A stretch of DNA of 64,000 nt from Felis catus (Eukaryota), in NCBI RefSeq assembly GCF_018350175.1, contig NC_058369.1, positions 17,548,001 through 17,612,000 of the forward strand, written 5' to 3'. Both the position numbers and the translations under genes were made by a program. Shown here in pieces: positions 52,037 through 62,460 of this stretch. Position 1 is the first letter of the stretch. Each line of letters begins with the position of its first letter. Below the pieces are notes generated by a model that had not been told where the DNA came from, searched no databases, and saw nothing but the letters and a program-made list of their open reading frames with translations.

Positions 52037-54960
52037 GTAGAGGAGCAGAGAGAGGGGGAGATACAGAATCCAAAGCAGGATCCAGGCTCCAAGCTGTCAG
52101 CACAGAGCCTGACATGGGGCTTGAACCCATGACCTTCAAAATCATGACCTGAGCTGAAGTCAGACTCAACCAACTGAGCCATCAGGCACCCCTGAATCTG
52201 AACTTCTAACAGAGGACTTGAACTTTATACCTGGACCCTGGATCTGACCCCAGCCTAGACTTCAGACCTGGATGTGGATGTGACCTTGGGCCAAGGATTT
52301 AGACCTGGATGTCCATCCTGAACTTTGACCTTCTCCTGGACATTGAGCTTGAAACTTAGACCTAGATGGGGCCTGTAACTTATACCTGACATTAGACTTG
52401 TACATTGGATCTGGATCTTAGACATGAACTTAAGATATGCATGTGAACATTGGACCTGAAACTTGGACCTAGATTTTCCAAGTTTTTTGGATATAACCTT
52501 TGAAAAATCATTATTTATTTATTTACTGAGAGAGACAGAGAGAGAGGAAGCACAAGTGGGAGAGGGGCAGAGAGGGAGTGAATCCCAAGCAGGCTCCACA
52601 TTGCCAGTGCAGAGCCCAACATGGGGCTTGAACTCAAGAATTGTGAGACCATGACCTGAGCCAAAGTTGGAGGCTTAACCGACTGAGCCACCCAGGCACC
52701 CCTCTTGGATATAACCTTTAACTGGAATTTGGACCTGAACCTGGATTTTTTTATTTGGTCATCAGAGCTGGACATGAACATGAACTTTGAACCTGAACCT
52801 TGGAACTCAACCACAGACCTGGATTTGTTCAGTGTTTAGGAACTGACATTAGATCTGGACCTTGGTCAAGGATCTGACACATGCTTGGAGCTGGGACTCA
52901 GATTTCAATCTGTATCTTGGACTTAGGACCATGATCTGTATGATGTAAATGCACCTTGGACCTGGACCTTGGACCAGAATTTATATATGAACTTGGACTA
53001 ATCTTTGGATCTAAATCTGGACCTGGTTTTGGATGTTGGACTTAGGCCTAAAGCTTTGATTTTACCTAGAACATATACTGGTTGTTTTTTTTTTTTTTTA
53101 ATTAAAAAAATGTTTGTTTAAAATTTATTTGTTGAGAGAGAGAGACAGAGACAGAGACAGGGACAAAGAGAGAGAGAATGAGCAGGGGAGGGGCAGAGAG
53201 AGAGGAAGAAAGAAAGAATTCCAGGCAGGCTCCATGGGGTTAGTGTGGCACCCAATGCAGGTCTCGATCTTACCAACTGGGAGATCATGACCTGAGCCAA
53301 AACCAAGACTTGGAAACTCAACCAACTGAGCCATCCAGGTGCCCCTGGAACATATACTTTTGACACTATACTTTGTCATTAGACATGGACCAGGACTTGT
53401 TACTTGGAACTGTATCTTGGACCTCAGATCTGAAATTTAAACCTGGTAGTGACCTGTATTCCTTGTACTTGACCTTATATCTGGCAATTGAATCTCTACC
53501 CAGGTCTTGGACTTGGATCTCAAATCTTGCATTTCCTTGGATAATGGATCTTACCTGAAATATAGAAATTGTATCTACATTTGGATCTTTGACCTGGACC
53601 TGAATCTACGAACAAGATTTTGGATCTCACCAGTGAATTTTGGCAATGATCCTGGACCTCAGACCTGGATTTAGTTCTTAGACTTAGGCTTCAGTCCTGG
53701 ATGTAGATCTCAAATGTGAATATGAGACCTTAAAGCTGAACCTCATTTCTGGCCCCCAATCCTATAATTTAGAATGGATTATACATGTTCTTGGAACTAG
53801 AACTTCAATCTGGATCTTGGAACTAGAACTCAACCTTGTACTAAATATTCAAACTGGACTTCAGACATGGATTTAACCTGGATTTTGGACTCACCTTAGA
53901 CCTGGGAAGTGGACCTAGAATTGGACCCTGGACTTGGTCATTGAACCTCTGTACTGGACCTGACTTTGGATCCAGACTTTGTGTCTTGACCTGAACCTGG
54001 ACTTTGGAAGTGGTTGAATGTACCTCAACCTTGAACAGGTGTCTTGAATCTGGACTGTAAACCTGGACCTAGATTTAACATTAAATGCGGACATTGGACC
54101 TGAGCCTCAAATATGAACATAGATATTGGACTTGGACCATGGACCTCGACTTGGATCCAGATCTAGGATATAGTGTTTGGAACTAAACACTGGCCTGCTC
54201 CTGAACCTTGTTGTAGACGTTGGATATGGAATTGGCTTGTAAGTTAGTCCTGACATTAAACCTGGTCCTTGGACATGGACTTGGACTTTGATATTAGAAC
54301 TGTATCTTGGACATTGAATGTTCTAAACATGGATTTGCCCTTTGGACCTGAACTTAGGATGTGGATCTGCATTTGATCTTGGATACTTATGTTAGACTTG
54401 GCCTTTGGAAATGGACATGGATCTTGGACCTGGACCTTGACCTGAATGTTGGAATAGACTTAGGGACTTTGTTCTCAAACTCTGGACCTGGGCCTTGAAC
54501 CTGGAACCTCAGACTTGGGGCTGGATCTTGGACTTGGCCCTTAGATCTCAAACTGGTCTTTGGACATAGAATTGGAACCTTGGACTTGAACATCAAATCT
54601 CAATTGTGGAACTCTGTTTGTCTATGATGTTGGACTTATCCTCAGACTTGGTCCTTGGTGATGGACCCAGGCCTTGGACCTTGTTACTTGAGCTTCAACT
54701 TCTAACCTAACTCTTTGATCTCATATCAAGACCTCAGACTTGGACATCAGACCTACATCAGGATATGACTTTAGATCTGGAATATTGATCTGAACCGGAA
54801 TTCTAGACCTAGATTACGGGACCTTGGCCTTAGACTGGAATCTTGGTTTGAAACTCAACTTGTCCTGGACACTGAACTCAGATATAGGATTGATTTGGAT
54901 CTTGCAACTATACCTTTAACTTTGACATCTAACGTTCGTCACAGAACTTGGACTTGGGGC
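50480..54960. repeat. Long decayed 6/7-mer array (GGACCT/GGACCTT/GGATCT/GAACCT), interrupted by an MLT1 LTR and three SINEs
   Basis: Examples: ggacctggaccttagaccttga (about 50785), cttggacctggaccttggacca (about 52955), atcttggacctggaccttgacctgaa (about 54421). Confidence 0.85.
50820..51281 (-). mobile_element. MLT1 (MLT1C-like) MaLR solo LTR
   Basis: AGGGCTGTCGTAACAAAGTACCACAAACTGGG ... TTATAAGGACACCAGTCAT ... CAACCCATTACA; GCGTGAG on both flanks. Confidence 0.85.
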
Positions 54961-55554
54961 ATTTGTTTTGGTCTCTCTTGTGGGTGCTATGCCACCACCT
55001 TGGTATCTTTCCATGAGGGAGGGTAGCCTCAGACTTGGCTAGGAAGTAGAGTGCTTCCCCTGGCTGCTTATTGATAGCTGGCACTCCTAATCAATCTCCT
55101 TTGTCAGTTTGCCTGGAGTTTTCAGCTGGACTTTCTATTTAGTCTGTTTAGTCATGGGAAAAAATAGGCCAGATGGGCTGTCATCTAGTGCTGGGTTAGA
55201 GTTTGGGAAATGCCTCGTCTGGACCACCTTGTTCTGTTGTGTGGGGAGACCTAAGATGCCCTGTTGCTGTGTTGTTCCTCCAGTCCAGAAGTCTCAAACC
55301 ATTTATCCTTCAGGCAACCTTCTAGAGTTCTCCTTGATGGTTTCTTGCATATTTTCAGGTTTATAGTTGTACTCAGCAGGGAGGAGCAGAGATAAATGGG
55401 TCTATACCATTTTGTCTAGACTGAAGTCACTGGTCATTGCTGTTGTAGGTTACTCTGTTGAGAGTTTTGCTATAGAGATGAGCAGAGACATGAGAGAGTG
55501 GCATGAAGGAGATGTGGTGTTAAGAAAGGTTTGCTTTTAAAATAATCTAAAAAC

Positions 55555-55790
55555 GGAGGGGAAAAAACATAAGAGACTCTTAAATACAAGAGAACAAACT
55601 GAGCATTGCTGGAGGGGTTGTGGTTGGGTGGGAGGGGCTAAATGGGCAAGGGACATTAAGGAGGACACCTGTTGGGATGAGCACTGAGTGTTATATGCAG
55701 GGGATGAATCACTGGATTCTACTCATGAAATCATTATTGCACTGTGTGCCAACTAACTTGGATGTAAAGAAAAAAAAAGAAAAAAAAAGA
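55555..55790 (+). mobile_element. Short L1 3'UTR fragment
   Basis: CATAAGAGACTCTTAAATAC...GGGATGAGCACTGAGTG...A-rich tail, similar to the 3' ends of the other L1s here. Confidence 0.85.
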
Positions 55791-56424
55791 AACAAGAACG
55801 GAAAAAGAATTGTTTGTTTAATTTATTAATGAGAGAAACTATAGCATGTTTGTAAGATCTATTTCTTGATGGTGCAGGAAGCATAGGAAATAATTACTTG
55901 AAAAGGTAGGAGGCAATAAGATCTCCTGTACAAATTTGAGAAAGCTTTAGATAGGAGCTTAGAAGGTTTGTCCATTGCCCATCCTAACAGGAAGGAAGCA
56001 GAGTATGTGAGCACAGATGCAAGTAGGTACTCAGTGAGGTCTTGGGAGTCTGAGGAACTTCTCTCTTGACTGTTTCTGTTATCTTCCTGAAAGAGGAAGC
56101 AGGGTCAACAGCTAGACAGTGAAAAAAGAAGGAAGAGGTTGTTGGAGATTTGGAGAGAGAATATATGAAAAAGTTACCTAGGAGAGTGGACTAGTGAATG
56201 GTCTAGATTTAGAAGACGTGACAGAGGGATACAGAAGACTATGATTTGAAAGTAGGATTTAGGGGTAACTGGGTGGCTCAGTCGGTTAAGCGACCAGCTC
56301 TTGATTTCAGCTCAGGTCACGATCTCATAGTTCTCAAGACTGAGACCCACGTCAGGCTCTGCACTTAGTGCAGAGCCTGTTGGGATTCTCTATCCCCCTC
56401 TCTCTCTGCCCCTCACCTGCTTGT

Positions 56425-56459
<35 letters not shown>

Positions 56460-57550
56460 ATAAGTAAATAAACGTAAAAATTAAAAAAAATAAAAGTAGG
56501 ATTTAGGGGTGCCTGGGTGGCTGTCAGTTAAGCATCCAACTCTTGGTTTCAGCTCATGATCTAGCAGTTCATGAGTTCAAGCCTCACACAGGGCTCTGCG
56601 CTCACAGAGTAGAGCCTGCTTGGGATTCTCTCTCTCTCTCCCTCTTTCTCTTTGCCCTACTCGCCCCTTCAAAATAAATAAATAAACTTAAAAAAAAAAG
56701 TAGGATTTAAAGACTTCAGAGACGGAGGAATCCTAAGTGATGTCAAAAGCCAGAGTATGAATAGCCTAGTTCTATTAACAAAGCAATGACTCCTATGTCT
56801 GGCACTGTGCTGGGCAACAGTGACAAAGGCATGAAGAAACCAGTCTCTTCCGGTGGGTTAGTGAGTAAGCTACACTGGAGTGGGCTGCTGAGACAAGGGA
56901 GATGAGCCTGTTAGCATAGACAACTAATGTGGGTTCTTTGTCCAGAGAGGAAGAAACACAGGTAGCTGAAGGGGAAAGTGAGGTTAGAAAGATTTTGAAA
57001 AGTGGGAGACACTAAAACGGACTCAGTAGAGAGAGGTAAAAGTGTACTAGAGACTAGAAAACCAAAAGAGCAAGATGGGATTCAGAGCACGTGGAAGGGC
57101 TGACTTAATGGGAAGCAGGGCCCTTTCCTGTGTTGTAACAGGAAGAGAAGAGAAGATGGGAGCATATGCAGGTACATTTCTAGATTCAGATGTAAGACTC
57201 CTAGGCGTGTCACTCTAAGCCCAAAGGTAGTACAACAGCATAAATGCTTTAGCCCATTATCTTCCATGTGAGGTAAGCCCCTTATTGCCACAGAGATGCT
57301 GCTGTTGCCAAGGTCACAGTGACCTCCATGCTGTCACATTTAGAGGTATTTTAAAGGCTTCATCCTGGACTTCTCAACATTCAACATTGCTTCATTCTCC
57401 AGAAACACTCTCTTGTCTTGACTTTCCTGATCCACACATCCTTGGTTTTTTCCTTCTTTCTCTGGCTATTTCTTCATCTCCTTTGTTGGCTTGTGCAAAA
57501 ATCTGTTTTCACAAATTCTATATAAATTTAAGGTTCCTCACTACTCCCAG

Positions 57551-57925
57551 TATGGTAGATTGTCATAATAATGGCCCCTTATGATTCACACCTCCCGGTA
57601 TCAGTGCCCTCATGTGGTCTCTTCCCACATGGCCTCTGGGCTTGGCCACATGACTTGTTTTGGTCAATGGGATATTAGCAAACATGATATAGGCAGAAGC
57701 TTGCGAATGGGGGCCTGACCTCTTAGAACCCTGAAACAACCATGCTATGAAGAAGCTCAGGATAAAAGACCATATTTGACCCATCTGCCGAATGCAGCCA
57801 CATGAGTGAGTTCAAGTCAGACCAGCGGAACCACTCAACCAATCCAGAGACACATAATAATAGACCGTTATCGTGTTAAGCCAGTAAATTTTGAGATGAT
57901 TTGTAATGCAGCAATAGATAACTGT
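57551..57925 (+). mobile_element. MLT1 (G/H-like) MaLR LTR
   Basis: GGGCTTGGCCACATGACTTGTTTTGGTCAATGGGAT ... TAAGCCAGTAAATTTTGAG..TTTGTAATGCAGCAATAGATAAC. Confidence 0.75.
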
Positions 57926-58023
57926 CATCCTCAGCTACAACAGAGACATGGCTAACTTGACTGCTTTGTGCAAATCAGAAAAAAAGTGAATCATAAAAAC
58001 ATGCCTCTGCTAGCAGACACATC

Positions 58024-58029
58024 TTTATT
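58024..58029 (-). terminator. NME6 distal polyadenylation signal candidate
   Basis: TTTATT on + (AATAAA on -), followed on - by GU/U-rich sequence. Confidence 0.6.
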
Positions 58030-58277
58030 CAAATAAAAGGTGCTCCTTCCTCCAGGATGCAGCCCTATACCACGCTCCCACACTCAGTGCTGGGTGCCTT
58101 TATGCACTAGACAAGCTGCACACTGTGTGTGAACCTCCTGGGGGATTTCTACACAATTCTCTCCATTTAGCGCAGACCGGAAACTTGGCTTCAGGAAAGG
58201 TTTAATTACTCCATGGAAGGAGAGAGAGAAAACACCTAGAGTAGGGCTCCTAGCCTTGAGGATTCAGTAGACTGACT

Positions 58278-58283
58278 TTTATT
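58278..58283 (-). terminator. NME6 proximal polyadenylation signal candidate
   Basis: TTTATT on + (AATAAA on -), about 300 nt past the stop. Confidence 0.55.
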
Positions 58284-58585
58284 GAAGAAGGTAGGCCAAA
58301 TGTTGCTTATATAGAGTCACTGCATTTTTCAGGCAAGTCGATTAGGCAAACTCTTCTTTGAAAAAGATGACTAGTTCTCAGGAAAAAAGAGGAGCCATTA
58401 TCCCTCTGAACCACCCATGAATGTTTTGGAAAAGAGGTAGATAAACAGCTAGATTCTAGAGGAGGTGGCAGTGAGAAGCTAGATCCTCAGGTAGGCGTGG
58501 TGCCCGGCAGAGATGGCGCCACGATCCCCAGGCCTCCCCGGTCCTATGAGGTCTCCGAGAGAAGGCTGGGCAATTCCACCAGTCT

Positions 58586-58773
58586 TCACAGACCCACAGG
58601 CCTGCGGCAGGCTGGTCCCGGGTCTTCTGCTCCGGCCGCGCAGTGGATGCCTCCCTCTGGACTATAGCGCACAGGGCCACAGCGCAGCTGCGGCTCCTCC
58701 TCCTCATACCAGCGCTGTTCACTGAAGTCAGGGAAGAAGGCCGCGATCTCTCTACTGGCTGAAACCACAGAGT
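58586..58773 (-). CDS. NME6: NME6 last coding exon (DSVVSASREIAAFFPDF...GPACRRPVGL, stop)
   Basis: ctcttacAG; TGA at 58588-58586. Confidence 0.95.
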
Positions 58774-61700
58774 CTGTAAGAGGAGGTAAGAAAGAGAAGG
58801 GGTTCTCATAGGGAGTGCAGGAAGGAGGTAAGAGGCAGTTAGAGTCAGATTCAGAAACCTGAGCCTCTAGTCCTGCTGACCCTCGGTCCTGGGGCCACAT
58901 TTGCCCAGACGGCCACACAGGGCCAGAAATGTCTGGAGGGAGGAAAGTTCATGGCGGGATACCTGGCTCTCAACTCCCTCATAGGGCCTGACCACCAGCG
59001 GAAAACATCCTCCCTCACTGTGGCCGAGGGCAGGGGAGGCGGACTCACCAGAGCCATGGGTTGTGTTGCGGGTGTCAGTGAGGCCAAAACTTCCACGAAT
59101 TGAATCTGGGGCCACGTGACGTGCTTGAAACACTCTGGTGGGTCCCATCAGTGTCCTCCAAAGCTGGATGGCATCCTTGCGGGCAAGGATGTAGGCTCGG
59201 ATTGGCCCACTGTGTACAAAAGGAGCAGGTGTCAGGAATCCGGCTATGTGGTCTAGGAGGGCAAACTGTGAGCAGGGCACAAATAAAGGGACATTCCACC
59301 CTGAGAGTTACCCTGTCTTTCTAGCTCAGTACCAACACTGCTTCAAACAGGAGGTGATGGAAGGCCCCTGCTGTGTACATACAAAAGGCCACAGAGGTCA
59401 GCAGAGTTGTTAAGTAGCATTCAACAATACTCTTCTATAGCCACAGGACCAATAAGCACCATGGCAGGTGGCCACCAGGTCAGTGTTGGCTTAATCATGG
59501 CTCCAAGCCCATGTTTCTTCAGACATTTAACACCGATTACAACTTCAAAGAGCGTCACATGAAATTAACAAGTTTAGGAGCAACAGAGATAAATCTTGGT
59601 GGATAAAGATGCCCAAACCAAAATTAGAAGTACCTGGCCATGAACTCCACCAGCCGCTGATAGAAAAAACGACCTGCAAAGAGAGACAGTAACTTCATCC
59701 AGACACTGGTGCCCAAGAGCACTTTTTGTACTTAGGTCTCCTTACTTGGAATGATAAAAACCATTTTGGAAAAAAAGGAACAAGGAGTCTGATATACCTG
59801 GGTCTGAACACAGGCTCTGCCACTTACAGCCTGTGCAGTTTCAGGTAAGTCATTAATTTCCCCAGCTCAGGTTCCTAATCCACGTGCTGGAGACCTAACA
59901 GTACCTACCTCATAGGGGTGTGGGGAAAATTCAGAGAAACCATGAGCATGAGGACAATGGCCGACAGAGTAAACATCCCCTATACCTACTGATATCATCA
60001 GGACATAAAACTAAATTTCCGGTTGGGCTACGAAGTAGAACCCTCCTAGAAAATATTTTTAAAAGATTGACAATCATGAAAAGTTTGTGTATAAAGCCAG
60101 ACTTTAGAAAATGGCTATAACTTTACAGTTGGTAGGTCAGAGACAGCCTGCCATTATGTGTCCTTGCACACCTCGTGGGACAGAGAAGCCTCCCATTCAG
60201 AGGACTGCTGATCCTACCTTCGTGTTCTTGGTAAAACTTCTGGCAATCTTCTTTTCTCCACAGAAGTTCTCTCATTCGTACAATAAGGAACTTGTTGCTC
60301 AGAATCTGCTGATGAACAGCCTGGATAAACACCACGTCAAAGATAAAAATCAGTCAAAGGGATGGGGTGCCTGGGTGGCTCAGTTGGTTAAATGTCTGAC
60401 TTCAGCTCAGGTCATGATCTCACGGTTCATGAGTTCAAGTCCCACATCAGATGAGCTTGAGCCCCACTTCAGGTGAGCTACAGCCACACTTCGAGTGAGC
60501 CCCGGCTTTCTCTCTTTCTCTCTCTGCCCTTCGTGGAATTCTCTGTCTCTCTGTGTCTCTCTCCCTCCCACCCTCCCTCTGTCTCTCTGCCCCCCTTTGT
60601 TTCTCTGCCCCTCACTCACTTGCACCCCTTCTTTCTCTCAAAACAAAACAAAAAAAGATACAAATAAGTCAAAAGGATGGGCCGCCTAGGTGGCTTAGTC
60701 GGGTAAGCACCTGACTTTGGCTCAGGATATGATCTCATGGATCACAGGTTCAAGCCCCACATCGAGCTGTCTGCTGTGGGCACAGAGCCGGCTTCAGATC
60801 CTCTGTTCCCCTTTCTCTCTACCCCTCTCCTGCGCGTGCGCATGGGCATACATGCACTCTCTTTCTCTCTTTCAAAAATAAACATTTTTAAAAAATCAGT
60901 CAAAGTGACCATTTGAGTGAAAAGGAAATCCAGGCTGACCAAAAGAACCCATCAGAGCCCAGGACTTGATGGTCTGTCCTTGGGTCAGTAGAGAAAGAAG
61001 GTGGGGTGAGGTAAAGACCTTCAGTCACACGGCTAGAACATGAGCCTCTGGTGCCATCTCGGCCCCTCCCTTCAGCTGAAGCCCACACAACCCACCTCTC
61101 GGATCATCATACAAATCTCTTGATAGTGGTCCTGGCTTGAGTTTGTCCCACTCTCTCCAAACCATCACACGTGACAGATTAAAAACACCATAATTTATAT
61201 GTCCCACTCTGGTCAGAACTTTACTCATGGAATGAGGTGTAACTACTTTAGGCCAGTGCTCAAGGCTGTACTTTCCTTGGCCTCCACCTCTTCCAATTCT
61301 CTCGTCCTGTCACCCCAGCCTGCTTGTGGCCCTCGGATCCACCACCCGCGTTCCAGCCTCAGCATCTCCCTCTGTGGAACACCTGCCCTCCTGTGCACTG
61401 ACCAAAGTCTACCCTTCCTTCCTGCTGGCCAGGGCCCCGCACTTGCAGGCCACCATTCCTGACTGCTCTGGTCTTTCTCCGCACCACGGTGAGCTTTCCC
61501 AGCAGTGCTGCGCAGCGAGTACTTATCAAACTATCCTCGGCAGGACCCTACGATGACCCTCCCCCAGTCCCACCAAGATTCCGCACCCTACTCTACAGGG
61601 CTCTGAATACCATGCAACATGATTATGTTACATTACATGGCAAAAGAGATATTAAGGTTGCTATTAGTTGAATCAAAAAGATTATCCAGATGAGCCCAAT

Positions 61701-62460
61701 TAATCACATGAGCTCTTTAAAAGCTGAGTTTTATCTGGCCAGGCACTAATGAGGAAGTCAGGTTTAAAGCATTGGAAGCACTGAACACGATGTTCCTGTC
61801 TTACAGATGGAGGGAGCTGTGTGATGAGGAATGTGAGTGGTCTCTAAAAACTGAAAGCAGTCTTCGCCTGAAGGCCAGCAAGGACGTGGGGACCTCAGTC
61901 TTAGAACCATAGGAACCAAATGCTGCCAACAACCTGAATGACTTGGATGTGGATTCTTACCCAGACCCTCCAGATAAGGACCTGGCCTGCTGATACCTTG
62001 ACTTTGGCCTCGTGAGACCCTGAGGAAAAACTCAGCTGAATCTCCTACACCTCTAAATTCTAGAATTGTGAGATAATAAATGTTTTAAGCTGCTAAATTT
62101 GTGGTAATTTGTTTCATTGCGATAGAATATACACACATTGTCTACAGGTTTGGTTCTTCTCCTTACTTTATTGGATCCTTATATTTTTTTATCTGCCCCA
62201 ATTCTCCAGTAGATTTTTAGTCTTCTCAGGGTCAGAGTCCATGGCTCCTAGCTTTACCTCCACGGCATCTTGCACAGGACTGTGCTGTCAGTCTTCACAA
62301 GTGGCCCTGTGGCACAGGAAACAGAAGCAGTGCCCAGGACATACAGTAGAGGCTTAAGATTCCTTCTTACCTCCAGAATCAGGGGGTGAGCAACTGCATC
62401 AGGCTTGATCAGGGCCAGAGTGAGCTGGAGAGCCTGAGGGCTTCTCAAGATCGAAGTCAT
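58586..62460 (-). CDS. NME6: Nucleoside diphosphate kinase 6, 5 coding exons, 193 aa: complement(join(58586..58773,59049..59209,59634..59673,60218..60320,62371..62460))
   Basis: LQLTLALIKPDAVAHP, FFYQRLVEFMASGP and RNTTHGSDS NDPK motifs (catalytic His codon 59056-59058); 582 nt with consistent intron phases, all GT-AG. Confidence 0.97.
59049..59209 (-). CDS. NME6: NME6 coding exon 4 (GPIRAYILAR...RNTTHGS)
   Basis: tacacAG ... GTGAGT; 161 nt; contains the catalytic His. Confidence 0.96.
59634..59673 (-). CDS. NME6: NME6 coding exon 3 (GRFFYQRLVEFMAS), 40 nt
   Basis: tctctttgcAG ... GTACTT; phases match the flanking exons. Confidence 0.95.
60218..60320 (-). CDS. NME6: NME6 coding exon 2 (AVHQQILSNKFLIVRMRELLWRKEDCQKFYQEHE)
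   Basis: tttatccAG ... GTAGGA; 103 nt. Confidence 0.96.
61535..62136 (+). mobile_element. MLT1 (D/E-like) MaLR LTR in an NME6 intron
   Basis: TATGTTACATTACATGGCAAAAGAG ... GCCAACAACCTGAATGA ... TAAGCTGCTAAATTTGTGGTAATTTG. Confidence 0.8.
62371..62460 (-). CDS. NME6: NME6 first coding exon (MTSILRSPQALQLTLALIKPDAVAHPLILE)
   Basis: Acceptor tttctgatggcAG, exon starts at 62467; ATG at 62460; donor GTAAGA. Confidence 0.96.

Noticed and set aside
51269..54596. RS/QV/DL-rich ORFs suggesting an SR-like protein
   Set aside because: Short, frame-hopping translations of the 6/7-mer array, interrupted by TEs.
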